64,000 bases of DNA, from the NCBI GenBank assembly GCA_028534125.1, contig CM052818.1, positions 22,198,001 to 22,262,000 of the forward strand, in the 5' to 3' direction. This DNA comes from Lama glama. Lineage: Eukaryota. The notes under the pieces are model-generated. The model saw only the letters and a program-made list of their open reading frames with translations, was not told the DNA's origin and made no database searches. How positions within the stretch are numbered: position 1 is the first letter of the stretch; each line of letters starts with the position of its first letter. Position numbers and translations under genes: made by a program. Of this stretch, positions 34,941-48,329 are shown piece by piece.

Positions 34941-37900
34941 AAAGGCAAGGTGACATTTTCTGTGCCCACATCCTTGTAGGATCCTTAGGACCCTTATGGA
35001 ACCAAGTTTCTTTGTCAAGGAAAGAATGTTTTCTGAAAATGCAGTCATGGAATGGCAGGGAGATTTGTCCAGGTATTATGATAACCATTATTGGGGGTTT
35101 GAGAGGTGGCAGGTGGGAAGTGGGGGACTAGAGTTAAAGGCAGCACGATGCTAAAAATAGTTGTTTTAGAATGGTATGGTTATAGGGGGGTTTCTTCCTC
35201 TTATTTTCCTTTTTACTAATTTTACACAACATAACTCTGTTTTATTCATATGTGTATGTACATATATTTCAACAATAACTGTATCAAAATATGAATTTTA
35301 AAGATTAATTATTACAAAAGAAATGAAGTAATGCCAGTTTCTGGGAAGCTTTTTTAGATGATGGAGGATCTGCCCGTCTCCTCTCAAATACTAGTCTGTA
35401 TGTGACCTTGGAAGGCTATTCCTACCTCTAAAATGTCTTAGAACCACATTGAAGGGCTGGGGGCATAAACAATGAGAAAATCAGTGAAGGGGAAAGGCAG
35501 AGAAGATGATTAGAACAGCTTAAGATAATGATGTGTTTTGTGTAATTCAAACTTTTATCTTAGTACTTCCCAATCATTTGAGGTTTCCTTAGCCATTAAC
35601 TAGGTTTTAAAAATTCCAAATCTGGGGGTTTTGTTTTGAGTTTTAAAGTGATTTAAACCCACAAGGACTCTCTGTCCCCTGTGTTCTTTTTCCTCTTCTG
35701 AATCCAGCTGTCATCATTAGTATATATCAGTTTCCTGCTGGAAAGAAAATTATAGTCTGCAGTTGGAGTTGTGGGGATGAGGAAGAAAGAGTCAAACTGC
35801 TGCAGGGACTCAGAGGCTGGGTTACAGGCCTGGGCAGGGGCAGGGGAACGGAGAGCCTTCGTTCTCATTTTAAACCCATCTTAAATTATTTGCTCTCAGG
35901 TTGGAAATGTTCCATTGAAATATCTATTTACTGAAATGCTATCTGAGACTTGACTGAATATTTACGCCCTGTATTCCAAGAGGCGGGCTTTCTATTTCTC
36001 TCTTATGTCCACACCCCTTCGATTGTGTTTTTCATAGCTACTGAATTGAACAGTTTCTTTCACCAAGTGTTTAAACAAATATCTTACCTATTTGCACTGT
36101 CTAACTTTCAGTTTAAGTTGTCTTGGTGGGTTAATGAGTGGTTATTTTCTTTCCTAGTCTCCATTTTACTAATTTTATTTAACCTGATTCTTTCTTTTGT
36201 AATTATATGTGTGTGTTATGTATTGAAATATGAATCTTGAAGAGGATTAGTTAATCCCAAAGAAATAAAGAAATGACCTAATAATTTCAGAAAAGTGTTT
36301 TAGGTGGAGAAGGATTTGGCCATCCTACCTATATCATGTAACTGATCTCAGAAGTCCATTTCCCTACCCCTGAAATGTGTACAGGATGCCCATTGTACTC
36401 TCATTTTTAGGAAACATTATTTTCAGTATCATCTCCCTTGCTGGGGTTATAATAATCATGACCAACATTTACTGAGCCTTTAACTGTATGCCAAGCACTC
36501 TGCCAAGCATTTTGCATGCATTAATGAAGGAGGTACTAGTGGTCCTTCATTTTAGACGTGAGGAAACTGTGGCACAGAGAGAACTGCCCAAAGTCACGTG
36601 TACAGTCGGGTAGCAGAGCCTGAGGCTCCGTACCGTGGCCCTGCAGCACGCTCAGGCCCGAGTCAGGAAAAGCACTCACTGTCTCAGGGAGGGGTGCCCT
36701 GAACCCTCTGTTGACTCAGTTTCCCAGGCTCCTGCCCCTCCTGCAGAATCCTCAGCTCCCAGAGGGATCCCCTTTTCAGAAGTTTTTATGGGGACTTTCT
36801 TGCCTCATTTCTGTCTCCCATTCCCAGGGTATATGGAATAATAAGAAAGCATGCAGGGACTGGAGCAGTTACTAGAAAGAGAAAGCTTGACACTCGCGAA
36901 CAGCCACCTGCCCCTTTTCCCTTTAACCTAAGCCCCTGAACAAAAGCCGTCCCAATACCAGGCTGCTGGTGACTGCACTTTGTGGTTTCTGTGTTAGTTG
37001 GCATTTATAGTTCGGATCTTACCATTCTGCCAAGTGCAATAAACATTTTGTTTTAAATGGAATGTAACTTTTGTTATTGTTATTATTTTTCTTCTAAATG
37101 CTTTAAAAGTGACCAGCTTGTGAGCATGAAGTCAGAATCCCTAAATAGTCTTAAATGCCAAGTCAACGTGCTTCGTAGATCAGTATAAGATTAGAAGACA
37201 GGCTCTCATTTTTGCTGCTGTATTTATACAATGGAAGTTTGGTAATGTAAGCCCTCCCAAAGGCCAGCTTCGATGTTGATGATGGTTAAATGGTAAAACC
37301 TGTGAGAAGTATTCAACGATGCCTTGTATTTGTACTGCCTAGAACATGAATAATATATGTGTGACATGAATAAATACAAGGTCAATGATTTTCATGACGT
37401 ATTAACTTTCTTTACCTAAGTTCCCGGGAAATATAGCCAAACAATTACAGAGAATGAAAACATTGGCAACCTACAAACACCTGCTTTGATTATTTGGTCT
37501 AATTAGGTTACATTTAACCAATTCCATCTGAACAAATTGAAAACAATCCTTATCTGTTCCCGCGGTCATGCACTTTTATCGGTGTTGGATGCAGATGTGT
37601 TTAATATGACACAGTTGGTGCTATTCTCTCAGCTCTTGGGTGGGAGATAAAAGGGAATTGAGAACATATTGTTAGAGTCTTCTGGGGACTTTGTATTTCT
37701 GGGCCTGCAGCTACAAAATTTCAAAAAAAAAAAAAAGGCTTTGTTGTCAATAAATTAGTTGCTTTTCTCCCAAACACTGGGAATGTCATCTGGACTGTCA
37801 TCTGAACTGTTGCTTTTGCCAAAAGTATCTTTCCCAGGGAACAGTGAGCTCCTAAAATAAGCAGATGATTTCTAGCTGCCTTTCGGAAGTCAGAATAATA

Positions 37901-39502
37901 CAGGATGTGTTATTAGATTGCTAGGTTCATGTGGTGTTTACCCCTTGTTAATTCCAAGCCCGATGCTGAGTATGTTGGTCCATAATTCTTAGAATTTTAG
38001 AGTTTAAAAATCAGTTAATCAGTAGGTAGAGTGGAAACTGTAGCAATTAAGTGACTTGCCCAAGGTCACAAAGCTGGTTGGTGAAAAAGTCAAGCTTTCT
38101 TAGTTCTTGGTCCACTGTCCATTCCTGTGACCAAAGTTAATAGTGTTGAGAGCATGGCCAAGAACCATGTCATGAAACCTTCTTACTCACATTTCCACTC
38201 CAGGAGTAAAATAGTGTGCAAATGGGCAGCTGATATCTCAGAACATCTGTGATTTCAGTTTTCTGTGTGTTCCTGTCTTGCCCCATTTAGCCCCCCTCAT
38301 CACAGATAATCTGAAACTAGTTGCCCATGTCAATTAAATTAGTTAGGCAAGCTGTTTTTGCAAGCTTATTCTAGACATTTCATATAAATGGAATCTTACA
38401 ACATGTGGCCTTTTGTGTCTGGATTCTTTCACTTAACAATGTTTTCAAGGTTTATCCATATTGTAGGATGAATCAACACTCTATTCTTTTTTATGGCTGA
38501 ATGATATTCCATTGGTGATATACCATGTTTTGTTTATTCAACAGTTGATGGACATTTGGGTTGTTTACATCTTTTGGCTGTTATGAATAATGCTATTCAT
38601 GGACAAGTTTTTGTGGAGACATATGTTTTCAATTCCCTTGGGTATTTACCTAGCAGTAGAACTACTGGGCCGTATGCCAACTTGAACTTTTTGAGGAATT
38701 GCCAAACTTTTCCCAAAGGGACTGCACCATTTTACATTCCCATCAGCTACTTTGAGGTTTCCAATTTCTCCTCATCTTCAACAGTAGTTGTTATTGTCCA
38801 TCTTTTGATTATAGCCATCCTGGTGGGTGTGAAGTAGTATTTCATTGTGCTTTTGATTTGCATTTCCCTAATGGCTAATGATGTTGAGGATCTTTTCTAA
38901 TACTGATGGGCCATTTGTGCACCTTCTTTAGAGAAATGTCTGCTCTAATCCTTTGGGTTATTTGTCTTTTCATTCTTGAGTTGTAAGAGTTTTTTATATA
39001 TTCTGGATATGAATCCCTTATCAGACGATTTGCAAATACTTCTTCCCATTCTGTGGGTTGACTTTTCACTTCTGTGATAATGTCCTTAAATGTACAAGTT
39101 TTTAGTTTTGATGCAGTCCAGTGTATGTTTTTTTCTTTCATTGCTTATGCTTTTGATGTCATATCTAAAAAACTGTTGCCTAATCCAAGGTTACAAAAAT
39201 TTGTATCCATTTTCTTCTTAAGAATTTGATAGTTTTATCTCTTAAGTTTTAGGTTTCTGATCCGTTTTGAATTAATTTTTGCATTTGGTGTGAGGTACAG
39301 GCCCAGCTTCATCCTTTTGCATGTGGCTATCCATCTTTCTCAACACTATTTGTTTAAAAGACTTATCCTTTTCCCGATGAACTGTCTTGGCACTGGGTCA
39401 ATCAGAAAATCAAGTGACTATAAATATATGGATTTATTTCTGGATTCTCAGTTTTATTCCATCGACCTATGTGTCTGTCCTTGTACTAGGACTACACTGT
39501 CT

Positions 39503-39636
39503 TTTGGGGTTTTTTTGTGGGGGGAGGTAATTAGGTTTATTTATTTACTTATTATGTTAATGGAGGCACTGGAGACTGAACCCAGGACCTCGTGTATGCT
39601 AAGCAGGCACTCTGCCACTGAGCTATACCCTACCCC
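39503..39636 (-). mobile_element. tRNA-Ala-derived SINE (Vic-1 type) nested in L1
   Basis: Reverse tRNA-like head and a perfect 17-bp TSD ctaggactacactgtct at 39486-39502 and 39637-39653. Confidence 0.93.
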
Positions 39637-40056
39637 CTAGGACTACACTGTCTAGATTATCATTGTTTCGTAGTAACTTTGAAATCAGGATATGTGAGTC
39701 TTCCGTCTTTGTTCTTCATTTTCTAGATTGTTTTGACTGTGTCTCTTATTTTCATACAGATTTTAGGATCAGCTTGTCAATTTCTGCAAAAATAAAAGAA
39801 AAGCCAACTAGGATTTTGATAGATATTATGTTAAATCTGTAGTTCAATTTAAGGAGTATTGTCATTATTACAATACTATGTCTTCAGATATTCAGATCAG
39901 GACAGAGTGTCCTTCCATTTATTTAAGTCTTCAAGTTCTTTCAGTGATGTTTTGTAGTTTTCAGTGTACATATCATGAGCATCTTCCGTTCAAAAACTTA
40001 TTCCTATTTTATTTCAGTGATGTTATAAATGGAATTATTTTCTTAATTTCAATTTT

Positions 40057-40149
40057 TAAAAGATGTTTCCCCTTAACAGAGTCACTGGGGATTGGACCTA
40101 GGACCTTGTGCTTGCCAAGCACTCATTCTACCACTGAACTATACCCCCA
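40057..40149 (-). mobile_element. tRNA-Ala-derived SINE (Vic-1 type, diverged, short) nested in L1
   Basis: Reverse head ggggtatagttcagtggtagaatgagtgcttggcaagcacaaggtcctaggtccaatccccagt and a 15-bp TSD cttaatttcaatttt at 40042-40056 and 40150-40164. Confidence 0.9.
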
Positions 40150-40669
40150 CTTAATTTCAATTTTGGATTGTTCATGCTAATATACAGAACTATAGTTGAT
40201 ATTTGTATATTTATCTTTTATCACATGACCTTACTGAACTCACTTATTAACTCAGATTGTTTGTTTGTTTGTTTTTATGGACTTCTTGGAAGTTTCTGTG
40301 TATGAGATCATGTCATGTGCAGTAGAGATAGGTTTAACTTCTTCCTCTCCAATCTGGATGCCTTTTATTTATTTTCCTTGCCTGATTGCTCTGGCTAGAA
40401 CTTCCAGTACAACGTTAAATAGAAGTGGCAAGAGCAAACATCCATGTCTTGCTCCTTATCTTAGGGGGAGATCTGTTAGTCTTTCACCATCAAGTCAGGC
40501 GTTAGCTATGGGTTTTTCATAGATGCCCTTTATCAGGTTAAAGAAATCCCATCTGTTTCTTTCCTGTTGAGTGTTTTTATCATGAAAGGGTGTTGAATTT
40601 TGTCACATTCTTTTTCTATATCTGTTGAGATGATCGTGTGATTTTTGTCCTTTGTTAATAGGATGTGAG

Positions 40670-41660
40670 TCATAACTTTTTCTTGCTGAGTAGCATTCCA
40701 TCATATGCATGGTTCACTTATATTAATTCACTAGTTGAAATACATTTTGACACTTCCACTTTTTGGAAGTTGGGAATATGCAGCTCTGAGCGTTCACATA
40801 GAAGTATTTGTGTAGCCATATATTTTTATCTTCCTTAAGTAAAACCTAGGAAAGGGATTACTGGTTCATATGATAAGAATTGTTTAAGTTATAAGGATCT
40901 GCCAAACTGTTTTCCAAAGGGCCTTACCACTTTGCCCCCACCAGCAATGCAGGAGAGGTCCAGTTAGTCTGCATCCTCATCTAAATTTGGTATTGTCCCT
41001 CATAAATGTTAGCCATTCTGGGAAATGTGTAGTGTTGTCTCATTGTGATTTTAATTTGCATTTCCCTTATGACCAAATACGTTGATAAATATTTTTCAAA
41101 TATTTTCTCCCTCTCTGTTGCTTGTCTTTTTTTTTTTCTTAACAATGTCTTATGAAGAGCAAATGGTTTTAATTTTGATGAAGTCCGATTTATCAATTTT
41201 TGCCACGTTTTATGCCTTTTGTGCCCTAGCAAAGAAGTCTTTGCCTATCCTGAGGTCACAAAGATGTTCTCTCATGTTTTCTTCTAAAGTTTGATATTTA
41301 AGGTTTTACATCTAGATCTATGATCCACGTTGAGCTAATTTTCATATATGTCGTGAAATAAGGTTCTCTTTTTTATTTTTCATATGACTATCCAGTTGTT
41401 CTAGCTCATCAAGACCTCTGAGCCCTGGGTTCCCCTCCCACTCCCGCCACTCTTCTGGGACATGGAAGTTGCCTCTAGGTAGTAGTCTGGGCAGCTATGA
41501 GGCTTCCCTTGTTTCCATCTCTCAGGGATCACAGTCCTGTACTGCCCATGTCTGAAGTTTAAAAACAATAATTCATACATTTGTCTAGTTTTCTAGTTGC
41601 TTATGGCAAAAGGCAATTCCTGTAGCAGTTAAACCTTTGTGGGATGAAACAGAAATCACT
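40670..41660 (-). mobile_element. Second, separate old L1 fragment (ORF2 C-terminal region plus a probable 5'-region piece)
   Basis: ORF 40981..41232 (..SSKLKPFALHKTLLRKKKRQATEREKIFEKY..) repeats the ORF2 segment seen at 38.9-39.1 kb, so it is an independent copy. Confidence 0.75.
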
Positions 41661-44082
41661 TCATCACATTGTTTTGAAACCTCTTGGTTCCTCATTATAA
41701 AATAGGGATAATACCCCCAGAGGATTGGGGTGAAGGTCACATGAAAAAAATTTGTGAAAACTCCATGAAAAGTAACATTACAAGAAAGGAAAAATCCAGC
41801 ATTGGTAGAAAAGCAGCTATTAGGAAGTAAAATTGATAACAAGAACAAAGAAATGAATGGTCACCTCATCCCAGGTAGGAAATAGCTTTGGCAGGTCCCT
41901 TGGGCAGGTCCACTTACTCCCAGGCTCACCTGCATTGCCCATCTGGCAAAATTTACTTACTCCCTCCTTCCGTGTTGGAGCCAGGCTGCACATTAAGTAG
42001 CATTCCCAGTCCAACGAGATTCTGTTGGACTTGCCAGCTGTAAGCTATACCTTGCAGCAACATTCCTGTAAGTGTTGATGTAGTCTAGTGGTGCCAGGAA
42101 CCTCTTCCGTCTTAGAGTCTGTTTCTCCCAGAACGGTAAACTGTAGTGTGAGATCAGTGGTCCTAGCCTCTCATTACAGATGAGACATCAGAGGTAAGCC
42201 CCAGTTATTTAAAGGAATCTTCGCAGACTCTCTAGTTGGTTTCACAGTGTATCTCGTTGCCTAAGGGTGGAAGAGAAGCCTGAGGTCCTTTGTGGGGAAA
42301 AGGTTCAATTAAACAGGGATGTCTAAGGTGTGATGATAAAGAAGTTCCTGATTTCCCAGTCTTGTCCCCAGGAGCAATTCGCTGACAACCAAAAGCAGAA
42401 GTATGCTTAGAAGTAATTTCATGTTTGTGTCTCTGCGTTGTCATGTGTTTATCCACAAGTATTTCCTGACTTCCTCCCTGTGTTGGGCAGAGGTAGGGAC
42501 GGGATGGTGGGTGGGTGGAGGCAAGAAGTACAAACTGTTGGTCCCACCCAGTGCCTGAGGAGCTCATTTTCAGCCTCCCCAAATCCTTTCCCAGCTCCTC
42601 GGACTGCCTGTCTCCCAAGCCCCAGGGACTAGTTTTATTTTCTGGATTAACTAGATAGTCTTCAAATAGTATTTCTCAGGAGCTCATTCTTCTTCCTCAA
42701 CAGCAGAGAAGGAATTTTGTGCTTAAAAAATACTTCGAGAGGATGCCGGGGCAAGGGAAGGGGGGAATGTTTTCAGAGGGATGTGGGTCGGGGGCCACGC
42801 CTGTGTAAGCAGGGCGTGAAGGGGTTCAGAGACCTAGAAACAAAAGTAGGCAAGAAATAAACAACCAGGACCAGTTCGGGGTGCTTCTCAAGACAAAATT
42901 AGTCTCCAGACCCTTCCCCCCGGGTCATTCTTACATGTTTGTAACTGGAGGGGCCCCTCGGGTCAGGATTACGGTTCACAGGGAGGGGCAGAGGATTAAA
43001 TAGAAGAATGGAATTTCCCTTCGATAAGAAGAAGCCAAGATGTATTAAATCAGTTGATTTTTTTGTTACTGAGTTGTTGTTGTAGTTCCTATGGTTGCCT
43101 TTTCTCTCCAAATAGAATTTTTTTTAACAGAGAAATTGCATAACGGGACATCAACATTCACAGAGTGTACAAATGATCATCTGTGATTATTTTTAGAACC
43201 AGTTTATCAAATGTTCCAGATAAGAACTTTTTTGGATCTGATTACAGGTCTCTCTGACCAGAGCTATAATTCTTTGAAACAGAAAAAGCTGGCCATCTCC
43301 CTACGCTTCGTATCTGCCGAAATCTGCTTCATATTTCCTCACTCTCCACTTTTTTAAGGAGGAGTAGAGATTCTGGTACAGAAGGGGAAGATAGAGGAAA
43401 CTTCTGCAAACCTTTCTTGACCTACTGGTAACAGAATCCAGAGCCTTTACACCATATGAAAGAGAAATCTACTCTCTTGTTCGTTCATTCATTGCCTTCA
43501 AGACAGAGGGAACAGCGTATGAAAGGTCAGGCAGAATGAAGAACCTTGTTCTGAGGCTCAGTGGCAAGTGACCACCATGGTGACACAATCAGCATCATTG
43601 CCATTTACACAGTGTCCCCAGTAAGTGACTTACCCCATAGCAGTGAAACTGTTTTTTTTCTGTGTGGTTGGCCTTTTCAATCCTGAGAAGGATCCTTCGC
43701 CCTTCACAGATTCTCATTGCTGCTTATAAGTAGAACACGTTTGCTGTGATTACTGGAGTTTTAGCGTCCTCTGTAACCGTGTCTGCTGGGGCTAAGGAAA
43801 CACTGTCGCTTTGGGCCTGTACACCTACTCCTTCTGGCCCCTTTTATTTGGGCCAGTTCAGCACAAAACAATCAGGCCATCTTGGTTTGTGACATAACAG
43901 GGAAGGCCAGCAACCATGTAATATTCAGGAGCTCTTTGGTTGAGCACTAGATGAAGGGGTTGACATATGATTAGGGGCCATGGTGTCTAAAAACAAATAC
44001 CATTAAACACTTGAATTATACACGTTCAGCACAGCAAGATGTTTACACTGCGAGAAGCACGATGATCTCAGATGGTCTGAGG

Positions 44083-44225
44083 TCGTGGTTCTTAAAGTGT
44101 GGTCCCTGCATCAGCAGCCTCGGCATCACCCCAGGATTTGTCAGGAATGCGACTTGGGGGCCCTGCCCCAGCCCTCCTGGATCAGGAACTCTGGAGGTGA
44201 GCGCGCCACAGTTTGAGAACCACCG
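44083..44225. mobile_element. MER5A-like hAT MITE with intact 8-bp TSD
   Basis: Termini tcgtggttcttaaagt / agtttgagaaccaccg and TSD gtctgagg at 44075-44082 and 44226-44233. Confidence 0.88.
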
Positions 44226-46617
44226 GTCTGAGGTAACAGCACAACCACCCCCCTTCCGGGGGTTTGTTCCGTGACTGGGATGTTGGGTGAAACTGCCCTC
44301 TCTCTTTTAATTGCTGTGTTTCAGACTCTCTCTCTATTTGCTGAGTACTTAAGAGTCAAATTCACCAAAATTAAATGCTCTTATGGTGAAACTCCACTCT
44401 ATCCATAATTATATGGTAACGGTATCACCCATTACCCATTATCACCCATTGTTTTCCAGAATGCCCTTGTTAAAGCTGTTTAGATTAACATGCATCTTTT
44501 AAGATTCTGTAGATTTTTTTTTTAAAAAAAACCTGTATAAGTAGCTCAGAAGATCAAAGACAAGTGAAGCATAGGCCTTCCCTTTGGAGATATGCTTCTT
44601 CTCTGAGGAGGAGACAGACTTCCCAAAAAAAAAAAAAACAGAATCAGGGAATCCTTGCTCAAGGTAATGCTGCTTCTAAATCCTCTTTCAGCAGCTGGGG
44701 GTGATGTTAGTGCCCTACCTCGGTTGGTTAGGGAGTGGCAGCTTTGACATCCAGTTAATTTAAGCAATCACTGTTCAGGTTGCAGACATAACACTGAAAC
44801 CTGCAACTCGCCAAAGAACCAAAACTGCTAAAATAACGCATCTGAGACTCCCAGAGGGAATGGTGTGAATGGGCCACTGTGCTCTGCTTGGTGTCCTGGG
44901 GGACTCAGCAAAGTCCCTCTGTTCCTCTCTAGGAAATCTCAGGTAGTCACACCCTCCAAATGGATCAACCTCAGGAAGCTTCCATCAGCTTCTTCAAAGC
45001 TGCAGTTCCCTATTGCTGCTCCCTGGTGACATTTTCACAATAAAACTACTGCAAAATGACACTGTAGCAAATTTTTCTTAAATCCACATTTCTTTAAAGA
45101 ATTGTCCTTAATGATGACACTATGAATTTTCTACTTTTTTGGTGTTCAATAGCCATCTTTCTTGAAATGATAACAGATATGGTAGGTTTTTTTTTTAAAC
45201 ATCCTTTCTTTACAAAATAAAATGTTGGCAACTGATACCAGTCTGTCACATTCTTTTTGATATTTGATTGGTACTTGAATTCTAAGCTTGGGAATTATTT
45301 CTCCATTGACCCAGGACATAGCACGGCAGGAGGTATTGTCCTTCCGAGTGAGCCCAGCCATTAAGCTCTTCCTCTGAAGGCTACAAAATGTTTGCTCTAA
45401 AGAGGAAGAAAAAAAAAGTTAATCTCAAAAATGAAATCAAATTGGATGTTTAGAATCAGTCACACATACTTGGGTGACTAAAATGACTACACTGTTGAGA
45501 AAAATCCAAAGATGTTCCAGACAAGGAGGGCTGAAAAAAAAAAACTCCCAGTTAACAAAAGTTTGCAAAAAATCATCTAATTAATGAAAAATAAGATGGA
45601 GTCATTAAAGGGGAGGGGCTTGATTCTTTCATTGGAAACTTGCCTTTCCAAGATAGATAGAAAGGAGGCAACCCAAAGCAATCAAAATTGAAATTGCAAG
45701 TAAAAAAGTTATCTTCTAGAGAAAAGGGTTGCCAGACCTCAGCTTGAAGAAGAACTGATTGCTATCAAAGAACTGACTTCAGTTTTTTGTGTCCTGCGGG
45801 CAACAGGCGCTCACAGAAATGGAGATAGGTGGTCCGTGTTGATCTAGACTTTGAAATACATTTGGTAGGGCAGGACACAAAACAGTGCTTCACTCAGGAG
45901 AAATTCTGGTTGTGAAACCATTTGATGAACTCTACCCGCTGTGTGGTGCAGAGGCCGTAAAACGGTAGCCATCAACCCCAGCTGCGCACTATCATCACCC
46001 GGGTCACTTTGAAACCAGGCTCGCCCCAGAGATGGGGTCAAGTGTCCCCCTGACATGAGTGTTTTTCTAAAGCTCTCCAGATAAATTTAATGTACCTCCT
46101 GGGCTGAGAAACCGCTGTGCTAGAGAGGAAAGCAATGCGTCTTTTTCAGTCTCTGCTGCTGCTTTTATTAAAGGGTTGGGCATTTCTAACGCCAACCTCC
46201 TATCCCACCCGGAGACGCCCTCCCTCTGGCCCTGGCGGGGAGGGTGTTCTGCGGTCCCCACCTGAACGGGAACGCCATGAGAGTGGGGCCTGGTCTTTCC
46301 AAATCACTGCTACACCCGAGACCTAGAACAGAACCTGTAAATAGTGAGCCAGCATCAAAGGCCTGCCTGCTAGGGGCCTTTTTATTCTTTTGAATTCTTG
46401 GGGATTTCCCCTCCTTTGGTGCTTTTATTGGTAAGAGAAAACGGGGTCCAGTGAATTTTCTCTGGTGAAGTACTGGGCTGGAGTCAGCTGTGCCCTTTAG
46501 AACGGCAGCCCCTCCCTACCCACCCGTAAACCCTCTGAAGCCCTATGAAAGCTGTAGCCTAAGCGGTCTTAGCCATAGCAGAATTACCTGTTGGTGTCTT
46601 AAGACTCCAGGATGGGG

Positions 46618-46618
46618 A

Positions 46619-46649
<31 letters not shown>

Positions 46650-46756
46650 CACACACACACACACACCACACACACACACCACACACACACACACACCACA
46701 CACACTCACACCACACACACACACCACACACACACACACCACACACACTCACACAT
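46618..46756. repeat. About 140-bp interrupted (CA)n repeat expanded inside a MER5A-like element (about 46560-46860)
   Basis: CA runs are punctuated by CC or CT. The flanks gcagaattacctg...aagactccag and tgaatcagaaactttgggggtgaggcccaggc...aagtttgagaaact are MER5A-like. Confidence 0.9.
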
Positions 46757-47384
46757 ACCCTTTCTGAATCAGAAACTTTGGGGGTGAGGCCCAGGCATCA
46801 CTCTGTGGTTTAACAAGCCTTCCAGGTGTTTCTGATGCTCACTCAAGTTTGAGAAACTCTAGGACACTTCATTGGATCTCGCTGCACAACAGAGAATATT
46901 TTTGCTAAGCAACAGTTTGGAGAAAGTGCCTAAATGGATGTCATCTGATAGCTTCCTAGCTTGTGGCTCTGACTTAACCTCCCCTGCTGCACCTCTGTTG
47001 ACACAATAATTCAGTGAACTTATTCCCAGGTCTGTCTTTGTCTACTCTCTCCCAACTCCACGGAGCATTTGCCCTTTCCTCTCCCTCTGAGCAGTCTTAG
47101 CACACATCTTAAATTTTATTCCCTCCTGAATGCCCTCTACCCTTTTCCCCCACTTCTTTCTTCCAATAGAAAATAGGTGCACATTGCATTCATTTTGGTC
47201 ATTCTTACAGCTTTTGTATTCTCCTTGCCTCCTATTTCTTATGGGTCCTTGGGCAAGTAACTTAACCTTTCTGTTTCCTTATCTGCAAAATGTGAATAAT
47301 AACAGTGCCTACTTCATTAAGTGAGTGAGTACTTGTTGACGTGCTAATACTCAGCAAGCATCAATTCTAAAAGTAATTATTTGT

Positions 47385-47772
47385 CATTTGCAGCAACATG
47401 GATGGACCTGGAGATTGTCATGTTAAGTGAAGTAAGCCAGAAATAGAAAGAAAAAATACCATATGATATCAATTATATGTGGAATCTAAAAAAAAAACTT
47501 ATTTACAAGACAGAAAAAGACTCACAACATAGAAGACAAACTTACAGTCACCAGGGGAAAAGGGGGGGGGATAAAATAGGAATTTGGGCTTTGCAGATAC
47601 TATTATATATAATATAAACAAGCAACAAGGTTTTACTGTATATCACAAGGAACTGTGTTCAGTACCTTGTAATAGCCTATAGTGAAGACAAATAAAACTG
47701 AATTGCTATGCTGTATACCGGAAATTAACACAGCGTTGTAAACTGACTATACTTACAATAAAAAATAAAAAT
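47385..47772 (+). mobile_element. 5'-truncated lineage L1 3' end
   Basis: catttgcagcaacatggatggacctggagattgtcatgttaagtgaagtaagccag...ggaatctaa, AATAAA with an A-rich tail, and an imperfect flanking repeat aaagta(a)ttatt. Confidence 0.88.
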
Positions 47773-48329
47773 AAAGTATTATTCATAGCATTAAATAATG
47801 GATATATAATATTCTATAGTGTCTGGCACATAAATACTCAACAGTTGTCAGCTTTTCTCACTAATGATTTTAGGGCACTAAGCATTTTGCAATTTTAGTA
47901 GTTGTCTTTATCCTCCCATAGTTTAAAGCCCTTTGACAACAGGTAATTTTTCTTCTCAGCTGTGAATCTCTGTGTCTCCCAAAGTACCTACTATATGCTC
48001 AGTGCATACTTACGGGATTATACAGAACTCTGCAGGCAGTGCAGGCTAAGAGGTCCCACAGGAGCCCTTCCTGAGCATGTCCCCCGTGGTCCCCTTCTTT
48101 GGGGTGGTGCCTTCGATCTCAGGCTTCTTGATAATATCATCCTTCTTCAAGGTCCTAAAGGAAGCAAGTGGATCTGGGTACCCAGCTCTTGAGTCCAGTG
48201 GACTAGACACTCTGCCTGGGATACCTCTCCTTCAGATAGCTAGGTTCATCCAAAAATTATCCAGAATGGCCTAGATAGATCTCTGAGCCATGTTTCTGAC
48301 TCCTCGCCAAACAAATGAAATTCCTTTTT

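Larger units (their letters stand above)
38365..40665 (-). mobile_element. L1MB-like LINE (about 2.3 kb of decayed ORF2 and 3' end) carrying two nested SINEs
   Basis: Minus-strand ORF 38875..39141 (..SKLKTC..VKSQPTEWEEVFAN..) resembles the L1 ORF2 C-terminus. The antisense L1 text is continuous. Confidence 0.9.

Noticed and set aside
46490..46813. His/Thr-rich and Cys/Val-rich ORFs
   Set aside because: They are translations of the CA repeat on the two strands.
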